NCBI GenBank assembly: GCA_904063045.1
Contig: CAJFCJ010000019.1
Span: forward strand, 1,441,700-1,505,699
Source of the DNA: Dimorphilus gyrociliatus
Taxonomy: Eukaryota; Animalia; Annelida
DNA: 64,000 nucleotides
Direction of reading: 5' to 3'
A program made the translations under genes and the position numbers. The notes beneath the pieces are model-generated. The model saw nothing but the letters and a program-made list of their open reading frames with translations. It was not told the DNA's origin and did no database searches. The first letter of the stretch is position 1, and the number at the start of each line of letters is the position of its first letter. Positions 38,272 to 51,109 of the stretch are shown piece after piece.

Positions 38272-39268
38272 ATGAAAGTTCTTTTTAATTTTCTTATTGT
38301 GTCCGTTTACTTTTTGCAAGCGAAAGATGTGAATGCTTTACCATATCAGAAGAAAGTTTCGGCAAAGGAAAGAAGTAATTTCTTAGACGATCGTGAGTTT
38401 AGAAGACTTTTTTTAATGTTTATATAATAATTTTTCATTTAATTTATTTGCTTAATTAACAATTTTGTATATTGTGTCAGTTTTTCGAACGGATTATAGA
38501 GATGAGAAGAAAACAAAGGATGACTATTTCTTAACTGCCCGGCGGCTTTGTAAAATGACATTTAATGTCAGTCCAATGCAATTCTTAAGACGACCCGTTC
38601 AACGTGCCGAAATTAGGGTTTATAAGAACGTCCCTCGTTTCAAATTTTTTAAAAACAGGAGAAGGTAAATATATATATATTCTGTATAATGTTGTTTTTA
38701 CCCCCTCCCCTCTCTAATCTCACATCTAAAACGATATCAACATTTTTATCAGACGAAAACGATACTGGACAGCGAAATTAACCATGCACGAAAGTTCGGC
38801 CTATACTCACATTCTCAAATCTTCGTCGATTCTTGATTCTAAGTAAGTATATAATTTATATATATATATATATATATGTATCTGAGTTAGTTCTCTTTAT
38901 ATATAGGCACCTTATATTAATAATAATAATTACTCTTTCGGATATTTAGACTTGTTTCTATTAACGCTGTCGGTTGGATAAGTTTTGACATAACTCGAGC
39001 ACTAAAGAAATGGATTCGGAAACCTTCATCGAATTTGGGCCTTGAACTATGGGTTGAAGGTACAACCGTTGACAAGAAATCAGAAAAAACTGTTCGAAAG
39101 ACGAATGTCGTTTGTCAAAATCTAGAAAACCCTACAAGACGAGATCCAGTACTCTTTGTTTATCATAAGTTTTCAAAAGGTCGACGTCGGTATAAAACCT
39201 CAGTCAAAAAGTCTAAATATCGAAAAGGACACTCAAAAAACAATGAAGTGTTAAAAAGCCCAAATTAA
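38272..39268 (+). CDS. Secreted TGF-beta-family prodomain-only protein (237 aa)
   Basis: Exons 38272-38392, 38481-38664, 38753-38842, 38950-39268 (714 nt, in frame). Signal peptide MKVLFNFLIVSVYFLQAKDVNA. Propeptide arm motifs FNVS, VQRAEIRVYK, ILDSKLVSINAVGWISFDITRALKKW..PSSNLGLELWV, DPVLFVY. Stop codon before any cystine-knot domain. Confidence 0.8.
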
Positions 39269-39787
39269 ATGTTTTTCTTAGTATTTACAACTACGAGATT
39301 ATCTATTTATATTTATATTTTTTGTGTGAAGTGTTTGTAAAAATGACTGCAGATACGAGTTAAAGGAATACAGAAGTTTTCGGTAACCTGAATCACTCGT
39401 ACATCACGTCAATCATCATGTACGAAACTAATAAATAAACCAGAAATTCGTACGGATTGACATCTTGTCCGATTATTTGAGTAACGATGTGGGAGGGCGG
39501 TGAGCATAGTAATTTCCCGCCTTTTACTTATCAACTGTAGACTGTTTAATGTTTACAGTTGGTAGAATCATATCGACGACTAGGCTCGTTTGCTAATAAA
39601 CATCCGATTTCGTGATTTTAATCCAAATAGCTTTCATCGCACGCTTATTTTAACATACACGCTGACTGATTTCTTACTTATATCTATGTTCAACTATGTT
39701 AGAAATGTGTTTTAACATTATGCTCTTTCGTCGAGTCAGACCTGATGTATTTAACATTATCGATAATTAGTATCTTTAAAATATGTT

Positions 39788-41014
39788 CTAACGCAATTCC
39801 TCAGGACAGTCTGGTTGCTGAGAAGGATGTGCAGCTTGGAACTCGGGAAGCTTTTCAAGATTTTCACCAATTCTAGCGATATTTGGGTAGTTGGATGTCG
39901 GAACTTTAAATCTAAATAAATTTTTTTATAATTATTAATTATTCTTTATGATAAGAAATGGTATAGATTTAGTCAATACCTTTCGGCGTTATAAATCTGT
40001 GGTACCAAGCACAAGTCAGCAATAGTCACAACGTCGCCTACGGAATATTTTCCTGCTGTTTTTTCCAACATTTTTTCCAGATCTGACCAAGAGAAAATAC
40101 ATAAAAAATAAATCTCATGTTTTGAATATAACTTCAAGAAATACATACTATCGAATCCACGTTCTATCCAGTACTTGGCCCACTCAACTTTAGTTTCTCC
40201 AATCTTATTTAAAACTGATAAATTTTGAATAGGTTGAATACCCGAATTGATTGTTTCAGCAAGTGCTCTAGCCTAAATAATTAAGCAATCGCTATATCAA
40301 GCGCACAGAATATTTGATTAAAAAGAGAAAATCATACCTTGGCTCTCAAGACGGGATCTTTTGGCAGTAAATCAGGACCATCTGCAACGGTTTCATCAAG
40401 GTATTCGATGATAGGAATCTACAAAGAGATAAAGTTGAGAACTTTACAGCTTTTTATTTATATAAGTCATTAATAGTTTTCATATTACAGATTGAGTTAA
40501 CGTATGGCCATCAATAACCAATGAAGGCACTTGACGCATTGGATTTATCTCACGATACTCCTCTGTGTTCTATAAGATGTAAGGTTAAATGGATTTAGAG
40601 TCGATGCATGGATAATTTATAATATAGACGTACTTGAAAGCCTCCATCTTTTACTAAATGCACAGGTTTGTAGTCATAATCAATCTTCTTAAGGCTCAAC
40701 GCTAAATGAAGAACAAGTTTGCAAAATTTACAACATCATGATATTTATTTTACAAACCGATCCTAACCCTCCAGGAAGCAGAGCTTCGAAAGTAAGAATA
40801 GAGGACTGGCTGAAAACAATAGCAATGGGTTATATCTATATTATCGCTCGATATCGTGTTACTTTTAATATTGCAATCAAAAAATCTTTAAACGACAGTA
40901 GTTGTCAAAATATTACTTGAAAAATTAGTATTATGCATCTTGTTTAAGATATCATTTTGAGATAGTCGTCATTTATGAAAAAAAACGCCGGTATCAACTT
41001 ACTTTAGTTGCCAT
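39788..41014 (-). CDS. GSTZ1: Maleylacetoacetate isomerase / glutathione S-transferase zeta
   Basis: MATK|[83 protein letters not shown]. Confidence 0.95.
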
Positions 41015-41386
41015 TTTGATAGGTACAAGTATTTTCGTAGGAACTGAACATAAAGTTACTTGAAAAAGCCTAAATGAGTTTTAACAGATGTTGATATCAA
41101 TTTTAATATTCTTAAATTTTATTCGAAAATGACCTTTTGACCCTAAACAATTCACCGGAGATAATACGAAAATTCTTACTGTATTTATAGATTTTTAAAA
41201 GATTTTAACAAATGATTTACAGATCATAGTAAAAGAAGAACTATTTTATCTCATGAAGAATTAAAAAGAAATGAAAGTGCTCCATAATTTTAAAAAATCA
41301 ATTAATATTGTAAAAATAATCTACAATCGATAAAAGAGCACCATCTCTAGGTATCATCTGCGAAAAGTACAAAACATATACAAAAC

Positions 41387-44300
41387 ATGGTTAAAAGTTC
41401 AACAAAGAAATCAAAGAAAGGGATTGAACATTGTGTACAAAAACCTGCAATAAAATCGAATGAAGGAAATGAAAGTGAAGAAAGTTTATTGTGGTGGATT
41501 TCTTTTATTGGATGCATTGCTGCATCTATAGCAACACGTTTATTTAACATTCAAGTTCCTTCATGGGTTGTGTAAGGGTCCCCTTTGAAAACTAGCTTTA
41601 ATTTAAATTACAATTGTTTCAATTTGACAGATGGGATGAAACTCATTTTGGTAAAATGGCAAATTATTACGTAAACAGAAAATTCTTTTTTGACGTGCAC
41701 CCGCCTCTCGGAAAAATGCTTATCGCATTCTCCGGGTACATGAGTGGATACAATGGTTCATTTCCGTTCTTAAAACCCGGTGACGAATACGGCAATGCGA
41801 AAATTTTAGGCATGAGAATCGTTAGAAAGTTTTTATTAAAACACGAGCTTTTAATTAATGTTTGGTGTATCACAGTTTTGCGCATCACTTGGTTCGGCTC
41901 TTCCGCCTTTCGTATTCCTAATTACATGGGAAGTGAGGAAATCTCTTATGGCAGCTATTATCTCATCATTATTCGTTCTATTAGGTGAGTAGACATAATT
42001 AGTATGCGTAATTATCAAATGACAGTCCGGTTCGTTCACCCTCCAGATGTCGGATGCGTTACATTATCACAATACATCTTGTTGGATACTCCATTATTAT
42101 TTTTCCTAGCGTCTTCCGTACTATCCTATCTCAAATTTAAATCATTAGAAACTCGGTAGGGAGCGGAAATTGATAGCCTCACCTTTCGATTTAAAAACTT
42201 TACCTTTCCTATATAGTTCGTACAGCTTTTCCTGGTATTTCTGGTTAATATTAACAGGATTTTGTTTATCTTGTACTTTAGGGTTCGTTTCTTTACTTTG
42301 TAAAGAAAATTTCACTTTATTCATTTTATTACTTAATGCAACTGTTTTCAGGGTGAAATTTGTTGGTTTATTTGTTATTTTATACATAGGAAGTTTAACT
42401 GCACTCGATTTATACGAAAAGTTAGGCGATTTATCATTAACTATGGTAATTTGTTACTTTTAATGATATATTCTGATATAGAGAAATTGTTTATGCATAA
42501 TATTTATTCTAATAATTATAGCTTCAGTTCTCAAGACATCTGATTTGTCGAATAATTGGATTAATCATCTGGCCATTAATTATTTATTTGGTTATATTTG
42601 CTATACATTTTGACTTTTTATCAAAAAGGTAATACTTACTTTGTTTTTACATTTATTACGTATATGCTTTAGCATAAAATGTGCGCAGTAAAAAAAGAAT
42701 GCACTTTATACATTTTATGCATTTTTAATAACTAATGAAACAATACTGTTCATAAAAGTGGCCCAGGGGACGGCTATTATAGTTCCAGCTTTCAATCCCA
42801 GCTCGATGGAAATCCTTTACATAATTCATCATTGCCTAAAGGTAATTCCTGCTATCGTCATCTAGCAATTAGTTATTTATTCAGTGTTAACTATGCGTAA
42901 TAAATGCATGATGGCACATATCTAATGCCTAGACAATAACGACATAGCTGTCATTTCAGACTCTGTTTTACAATTGTATATCTTCGAAGGCGTAGTCGTT
43001 GCTATTGTTGCTGTTGATTTACTTTGTTTTATAGTCAATTGTTCCCATTGTTTTTTAAATATTGGGCAGCCAAGCCAAATTAATGTCGGCCATATCAAAC
43101 AAGTAATAGATATAAGTAAGGTTTCCGTATGCTTACTGTAAATTTGTACCCTCTTCTCAGTGGGAGTAAATTTGGTGATGATAAATAGGGAAAGCGGTAT
43201 CATTAAAGAAACACTCACTGAGACAAATACTACTCCCAAGTACAACGAAAATTGGCTGCTGTTGTCCTTTTGTTGTAAGAAAAGTGCTTTCTCCTCAGCA
43301 GTTGGTTTAACAGTCCGCCTTGATTTATTTATTCTTCTAAGAGACACAATAACAAATAAAATAGGAATTAAATGCCCAAAAATCAGCAGAATTAGTTGCG
43401 AATATATCTCTATTACAACTATGGGAATTTTCCCAGTTGTATAAGGTAGAATTAGTGACGGTGAAACCAAAACAACCAGACAAAGAGAGAACGTTAAAAG
43501 ATTCATGGAATAGCTAAATGCTCTAGATTTTCCAGTTTTTCCCGTTTTCCCTGTTTTCCACAAGTATAATGGTATTACCCAATTCAGCAGTAGTCGAGAA
43601 GATAGCAACAAAGGTGTCGTAACATTTCTTATATAAGTAAATACTCTATTTGATTTCTCAAACCACGGAAAAATATGTCCCAAACACGGCAAAACTTCCG
43701 ATATATATAGTAGCCAACCGATTGTTATATTGATTGCTAATATAAGCTTGAGTAGGAGTTGTTGAGGTCTTTTTATTGAACTATTCACCAAAGTAAGAAG
43801 AGTTAGGACACTAAATCCAAGAGCAAAGAGAGTAAAAACGGACGGTAAGGCTCCGCCTAAATAGGTTGTTACAAGCTTAATATCACTTTCCATTTCGTCC
43901 TTAGTTCTAGGAAAGATAGTTGTTAACCGTATCGTATCGTTATATAAGATGAGCGTTCAGCCGGTCCATTATGCAAATAAAGCGTCGCTCGTCGTTTATT
44001 GGCTGATTTTCTTGTTTGCTAAGCAGTTTACTTACGAGCGTTTTATTATTTATTGAAAGAGGTTATTTGCTAGGGAGTGTGGGTTCGAACAGGTGCAAAT
44101 TTGCTTCTTCCGTGAATTAACAACTGTCAGCTGCTCTCAGTGATTATAACTTCAACTTCTTTCTTATTCAATTTTTCAGCCTGTTCCCTTTTTTTGAAAT
44201 TCTGTAATGAAACTAATAGGAATTTAACCCCTTCAAAAAAGAGTTTGTTTGCACCGCCCATTTATAACAGCTGAATTGAAGTTTTTTTTTTTAAAACCTC

Positions 44301-47300
44301 CTGGTCAGTAAATGTTAAAGGTCAACGATGTCTGGCGGTTATTCGCTTTCGAGGCGCAAATGTCGTTCCTTTTTTTTCTTCTTTGTTCCCTACGCAAACA
44401 CGCCTTGCGGGATTTCCCCCCTCCTTTATTTCGATTTTTTTTTAAAGCTTACAAAAAGGGTATTTAAAATATTCATAACTGACAATTCGCATTGAAAATC
44501 TATGTGCTTCATAATTTTACAATGAAGGTCAACTAGCAGTGTTTTTCAAATTCGTATCTTGGTTGTTTTATTATCACTCTTAGATGTCATAAATAGATAC
44601 ATATCTTGTAATTAGAGCTATGCTGTATTTATGTGTGTAGTTATATTTATACACATACATCAGTGATATTTTAGTACATGATCGTTATGTAAAGGACGCT
44701 ATTTAATCCAAACTGGCAAAGGTTCTTGTTTATTCAGCTGCTGCGTGCGTAAGCAAACTAATTGCTAACTCGGTTTGTCAAAATTGAAGCACTACGCAAA
44801 TAAATTTATCTCCTTGTCAGAATTATTAAAGGACTTGTATCAAGATAAGAGATATATAAGACCGTACTGCAAATTCGTAAATCCATAAATCCGTCTAATG
44901 CTCGTGCTCATTAAGTATAAGACGAATTTCATCCTTTTCAGAGGTGGCTTTCGGATCTATCATTACCATCAAATCGAACGTTATTAGTGGGGGTTATTTA
45001 CATTCTCACGCCCATTTATATCCAGAAGACTACGCCCCTCATAGACAACAGCAGGTGTACAATCTTATTTATTTTCCCTGTAAATTTGTGGTATATTTTT
45101 TTACCGTGAAAGATAAAAGCAAAAAATTCCTTGCATCTAGATAACCTCATACTTCCATAAAGACACAAATAATTTCTGGAAGGTTAAGCCAAGCAATAGA
45201 GAAGAAACGGAAGAGCTAGTCATACTGAAGCACGGTGATTATATTCGTTTGGAACACACAAAGTTAGCTTGTTTACTTTAAAAGACTCTAATAATATTAA
45301 TTAACATACAATAATTGAATACTTTCCATTTTCAATTAAGCACTAGGAGAAATTTACACAGTCACAAATTAAAAGCCCCCCTAACTAAAGGGCATTTTCA
45401 AGTTTCATGCTACGGAAAGGACGGGAAAGGAGATCCCAACGATGTCTTCAGGATAGAAATTTTAGGAGGAAAGGAGGGAGATGTTATCGAGCCTATAAGA
45501 TCAAAATTTAAACTGACTCATATAAACATTGGCTGTTCTATGAGTTCACCGAAAAAACAACTTCCTAAATGGTTGAGTATAGCGACAGGTGTGATATTAG
45601 ACCTAAATGCACACAATTACTTTATGAATAACAGGGGTTTCGAACAAGGTGAAGTAACTTGCGCCCCGAATTACTTACGACCGCGTAATGTTTGGTGGAA
45701 TATAGAAGAGGTCAAAGATGATCGATGTAATATTAATTTTTCCTGCCCATTTTAACCCCTCTTTTTTATCCATAATTTATGTTCTCTAATTATAATTTTT
45801 CTTTCCTTATACAATACGCCCTACAGTATCCAAAGTTCATGTTCAGTCTTTATCCATGAACTTCTTCTCAAAGTTTTTTGAGGCTCACCGTGTCATGATT
45901 GAGGTGAGATTTTTTTTTATTTCTCTGGTATTTGAAAATTTTCAACTACTTTTTTTATTCGTACTTCTACAATAAATTACACAGGGAAACAGTAGATTAA
46001 TACCAAAGACGGGTGAAAGGACATCGCGACCATGGGAATGGCCGATTTGCTATAGAGGCCAGTTGTTCTCTGGTAAAGAAATTCGAATCTACTTATTAGG
46101 AAATCCACTAATTTGGTGGCTGGAACTGCTTTTACTCTTTTATCTTCCTTTCTTGACTTTTTATCATTTTGTAAGATTAAAGAGAGGAGTTGAAGAAGAT
46201 AAGATAACGATCGGTAAGTGTAACTGTAGATGTCAGCAACAGAATTGGGTTCACACAATTGCGCCATCTAGCCGATTCTTTTAAAAACAGAAACCCGGAA
46301 CACGGTTGTTAAATCTAGCCTTATATTATTCATTGGATGGTTTTTACATTATTTTCCATTTTGGACAATGTCAAGGGTGTTATATTATCATCATTATTTT
46401 GCCGCTTTTTTATTCTCGTCATCGATATCCGGTAAGTTTGTTAATTTGAACGTCGATTAATTTGCACGCGGCTTCGACGGTTCGTTAATCGATTAGTGGA
46501 TTTCAGGAATTTTAATAGACTACGCAATAGAAGTACTAACGGAAATGTTTGATGAATACATCAAGGTGTCGTTACGCCACGTTCTTCGTTGTTGCCTATT
46601 GTCTGGTTTGTTTTACAGGTTCGTATAGATACTTTGTATTTTAAAAATGTTTGATGTTGGCCGTCTATTAAAGACTATTCGATCCGAAACCTTCGTTCGA
46701 GTGTAACCTTACAGTATTCCATATCTGCTACTTGTCGAAGAGCTTTGATTATGACGTAATTTAATTACGTGATGCACGTAGCAATTAATTTTTGTGGTGG
46801 AGGCATTGAAATATTGTTGTCTTTTTCTCTTTCTTATATTTCTTTAACTGGTATAAACAGAAAGACTAAGAAACGTCATGCGGAGACAATCTAACAAAGA
46901 CGGAGCGTAATTAAAACGGAATATTGTTTGCCGGTATTTCTAATTACGGCGTTGTCAACGAAATCGACTGCGTGCATATGTGTGCAAAGTGTGCCGTCTA
47001 TATTTAGTAATTGACGTTAATGGGACTTCTTTGTTGTCGCGGAACGCGGACAATATCGGCGTTCCGGACCGACTTAATTGGCTCAATTAATTTTAGCTTC
47101 TTTACGCCACCTCGTACGCGGAATTAGACGTGTTTAGCGTTGATTATCGCGGCTTGTGTTTACTTTGATTTCTTTCGCCGCCTATCACACATCGAACGAA
47201 GCCGAGTGGAACAATAGATAAACGTCGAGGAACGAGTGCGTTCTTTTATTTGCGAATTTCTTTAGTTTTTTTCTTTTTGTTTCGTTTTTTCTAGCTTCTT

Positions 47301-47442
47301 TTTTTTCTTTTTTTGCTTTATTGTTTTCTTATACAGTTTCTATCTGTTCTCTCCACTCGCCTACGGAATGACTGACCCGAGGGCGGATAACGTTAATAGT
47401 CGTATATACGGACTGAAATGGTTAGACTCGTGGAACATTTAA
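41387..47442 (+). CDS. POMT2: Protein O-mannosyltransferase 2
   Basis: [33 protein letters not shown] domains ([12 protein letters not shown]...[13 protein letters not shown]), [21 protein letters not shown], last exon [12 protein letters not shown]...LKWLDSWNI*. Has unusually long introns (42842-44941 and about 46620-47336). Confidence 0.95.
42922..43893 (-). CDS. Intronless degenerate 7TM (class A GPCR-like) protein nested antisense in a POMT2 intron
   Basis: 323-codon ATG-started ORF with seven hydrophobic segments, Pro in TM5 ([10 protein letters not shown]), TM6 (LMIPLSLF) and TM7 (CLIWPTLIW), a helix-8-like PIFKKQW and a Ser/Thr-rich tail. It lies wholly within intron 42842-44941. Confidence 0.75.
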   Translation of the reverse strand: MESDIKLVTTYLGGALPSVFTLFALGFSVLTLLTLVNSSIKRPQQLLLKLILAINITIGWLLYISEVLPCLGHIFPWFEKSNRVFTYIRNVTTPLLLSSRLLLNWVIPLYLWKTGKTGKTGKSRAFSYSMNLLTFSLCLVVLVSPSLILPYTTGKIPIVVIEIYSQLILLIFGHLIPILFVIVSLRRINKSRRTVKPTAEEKALFLQQKDNSSQFSLYLGVVFVSVSVSLMIPLSLFIITKFTPTEKRVQIYSKHTETLLISITCLIWPTLIWLGCPIFKKQWEQLTIKQSKSTATIATTTPSKIYNCKTESEMTAMSLLSRH

Positions 47443-50400
47443 TTATGAAGCAAAACGGCGAATGATGGTGCAGGCGTTGACGGAGATTTCCCGCTAGTTT
47501 GTATTCCTGTCACGATCACCGGCACCAGCATTTTTTTCTTCATGCCTTTGAATGAAATAAACTAAAGGAAAATTGTACAAATATATTTATATATAGGCGA
47601 GAAAATGAGCCGAAGGCAAAACGAACATTCGGACGATGATTGGCAAAATATGGCGAATGTTGATTTGCCGCAAGCTACAAAATCTAATGAAGAAGTTTAG
47701 AGCGGCGGTCAGTGCGATTGATCAAAGCGTTCATAACAAAAGGATGTCATTGTGCTATGCTCGTTATGCCGCTCATTAGTGAGGCTTTTTCCACAAAGCT
47801 GTTTTGTCGTTTTCAAAGTGTTTGCTAAACATGTTTTTACTCGTCTCTCTATGTAATACATTTGCAGCACATATGAAAGCGATATAATTATTCTTACGTT
47901 TCCGCACGCTGCCGTTTTCCAGTCGAATGACTATATATGTACGGTGTGTCGCTAATGATTAGTTATAACTGGGGTTTTCGCCTATGTATCTACTTGTCAG
48001 ACGGTAATAATGACCGGTGCGCTCACAGGATGCACTGTCGCCACTCTTCCACAATACAGGACGAAGGCGTGACTACATACAAGCGTCCCACGATGCCTGT
48101 GACGTCATTCTGCAAGGGCACGGCGTTTTTTAGCAAAAGTTTTTATTGAAGATGTTCACTTATAACGTGGGAGACCGACCTCCAACAGGGAAAGACTCTT
48201 AGCGTTCAAGCTGAGTATTTGCGAATCGTCCTTTTTCAATGTTCAAACAGGCACACAAATTTCATTTACTTTAACTCATGCTGGGCTAAGCACTCTTGTA
48301 AGCCGTTAGGGGACGCTGTATTGAAATCTCTCCGCTCTGATTTCATCCTATATAAAACTATGTATACACTTATTTGTATATATATGTAAGTTGGAACATA
48401 ATACGTATGTAGGTCAACCGAAGCGTTCTGAAAAGCGGCGGAATGTCGTAATGAAGTAGGTAGAAAAAAAAGCGGCATCCAACACCTGCTTCTGTCCGCC
48501 GCGCTCGGATTCAGTGTTGTGTAAACTTATTTGGCAAATAAATATTTTCATGCAGAGCGATCACATTGAGCGCAGTCACGATTGGCTTAGTTATCGGCAC
48601 GCTAAGGTCTTTCGGAATCCGGAAAGAGGAAAAGGATATTTCATGTAAAAGACTGTAAAAAATAGTATATGGGGACAAAGTAAATGGAGAATATGAAAAT
48701 TAACAAACAATGTTAACTTCTCTATACACCTATATAATTAGCAACAAACATGTACAGTGTAACCTATCCTCCACTTTATAAGTTGTATATATTTTTACGC
48801 TGACAAACTAGCAGACGAACGCATTAACGGATTGTTTTATTTACGCTAAACTGCATGGTGCGAAGATGGTCCGTAATACAAACAGACAGAGAAAAATGTA
48901 CGTCTGGCTTATTTCGATCTGTCAAGGCGATAAGTGCTAGTTATATTAGTAATGCATATATAACAGTGTAGAATTTATACGGATATTTATATATGTATTA
49001 CCTTTATACTCTGCCATACATAATACATATTACACAGAACGTCTAAATGGTTAATACAGTATGTATACAATTTACATACTACAAGATGTATTTACCTTCA
49101 TAGATTTATTAAGTTGGTAAGTGTTTGAATATAAACTAGATATACTGTACTATAAGCACATTAGGCATTGTATTCTTTCAATACGCACAGCACTAACATA
49201 CGGTACATTACTGCAAATATACCACAATGACAGTACATTCTTAATGGCTAATACATAAGTATACATTATGCTGATTCAGAGATTTTAAACATTACATTTA
49301 TACTTCTATCCTCTATAAATACGCGTATTGTTATGAAAATATAATTATTATACAGCGGGTTTTAGATAGAGAATGCTGTTGTCTCTTTTCTGCACGGATT
49401 TATCTTCTCTTCGTATATTTACAGAATGTTAATAAAAGATTTTTAAAGGATATATATATACAATATATACTGTATATATGCTGTTTTTACAATATATAAA
49501 TACACCTATGTCGAACCAATAGAAAAGTTGTGTATAGGAATTAATAAAACGTCTATCGCGTCACATAACGTCAACGAAACCGGTCTAGCATGCAGTAGAC
49601 ACCTTGTTGGCCAAACAAAGCGTCTATACCGGCAACGGAGAACGGAAGTGGGTAGTTTCACGACATTAGACGCTACAATAGCTCAGCTGGTTAAATTGTA
49701 GGCGTCTATTCTACAGCATCTAGACGCTGTTTAGTAACACATGCATAATTCACTCGCGTCAACAAGGTCGATTTACGCGTCCCGCCCAATTGATTAGTTG
49801 TGTTGAGAAAGCATTGAAGAAGAGATCGCCGAGGATAGAATTCAATTAGGCGATTGAAAAGGGATTGTTGTCATCGTAAACCAAACACAAATACGACGAT
49901 TGAAAATAGGCGTTTGGCACGGGGACCACCGACTTAGTGACAATATTTTCATCATCAGCATTTGTTTACTTTGAATTGCATCTAGCTCACCTGTCTTGGT
50001 TCGCTTTATTATACAATTCGTATCGAATTTCTTTCTATTCTATTACAAGATCAACAATTGTTGGCTCGTCCTATAAAAATATGATCGGCGATAGCATTGG
50101 TATGTGAAAGGCATAGCAAAGAAAAAAACTAGCAACAGGGTGGGGGTGGTAGTTACCGATTTTGTGATAACTTAGCCGTATAAATGAGTGTCAAGCGAGT
50201 GGCCAAACACGATCTGTTATGTTTGTCAAGTTATCCTCGGTAATTGGGTCCCGGGAGTCTGTTGACAAACCGTTTTGCAATGAGTCGCGTGCTTGACGCT
50301 CCTACTCGGCTGCTTTTGCGTGTCCAACATGTGTGTCCCTTTTGTTTGTCATCTATTTTCAAACGAACATCTGTTTGTAGTCGTTATTGATAAAATGTAG

Positions 50401-50749
50401 GTCAATCAAAGCTCTTCGGTTTACGCAGCAGGCGCGCGACGAGCGAGTAATTGATTAATTGTTTATTGCCCTATAGCGCCTGTTGCGATTGTATACGTAG
50501 TCTTATTCTGTGTATCTATAAATATATTCTATTATACACTTAAATATTTTTTAAATGGAACAATTTCAATCGATATACTATATACACATAGTAGAAAAAA
50601 AGAAAATGATGAAGGAGAGAGGGAGGGACGGTGGGAGTGTTGTTGAGAGATAAATTGAAAGAGGTTGAAAGAGGAAGTTAGCAAAAGGGAAAAGAGGAAA
50701 ATGAAAAAAAAAAAAAGATACATCAGTAATTGTAAGTTAATAATCTATA

Positions 50750-50820
50750 TACAGTATATATATATAGTGTATATCTATACATTATTATACATATATATAT
50801 ATATATAAGAGATATATATA
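50750..50820. repeat. (TA)n microsatellite
   Basis: tatatatatag...catatatatatatatataagagatatatata read directly. Confidence 0.8.
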
Positions 50821-51109
50821 AATTTACAATTTATTGCCGATAAATCACATATGCAATTTTTGTGTATGAACCAAGAATAAATTACAGATAAATATGCATA
50901 CGAACTTTCTATACTATTTAAAGTTTCTATGCCTGCAAAAAATGTGCAAATCCTTACATAAAGTTATTTATAATGAAGATGCGTCAATTAAGCTTCTCCC
51001 GACGATTCAATGCTGACGTAAGCGGCAAAAAATTTGAGCATTTTTTTCACAGAAAAACGACACGTTTACATTATACAATATAATTCGCTTAATCTGACTA
51101 AATTAACCG

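Noticed and set aside
44085-44105. B-box-like GGTTCGAAC
   Set aside because: No A-box or cloverleaf in context; not a tRNA.
49675-49740. A-box-like TAGCTCAGCTGGTTA plus a 7-bp stem
   Set aside because: No T-arm/B-box or acceptor stem; not a tRNA.
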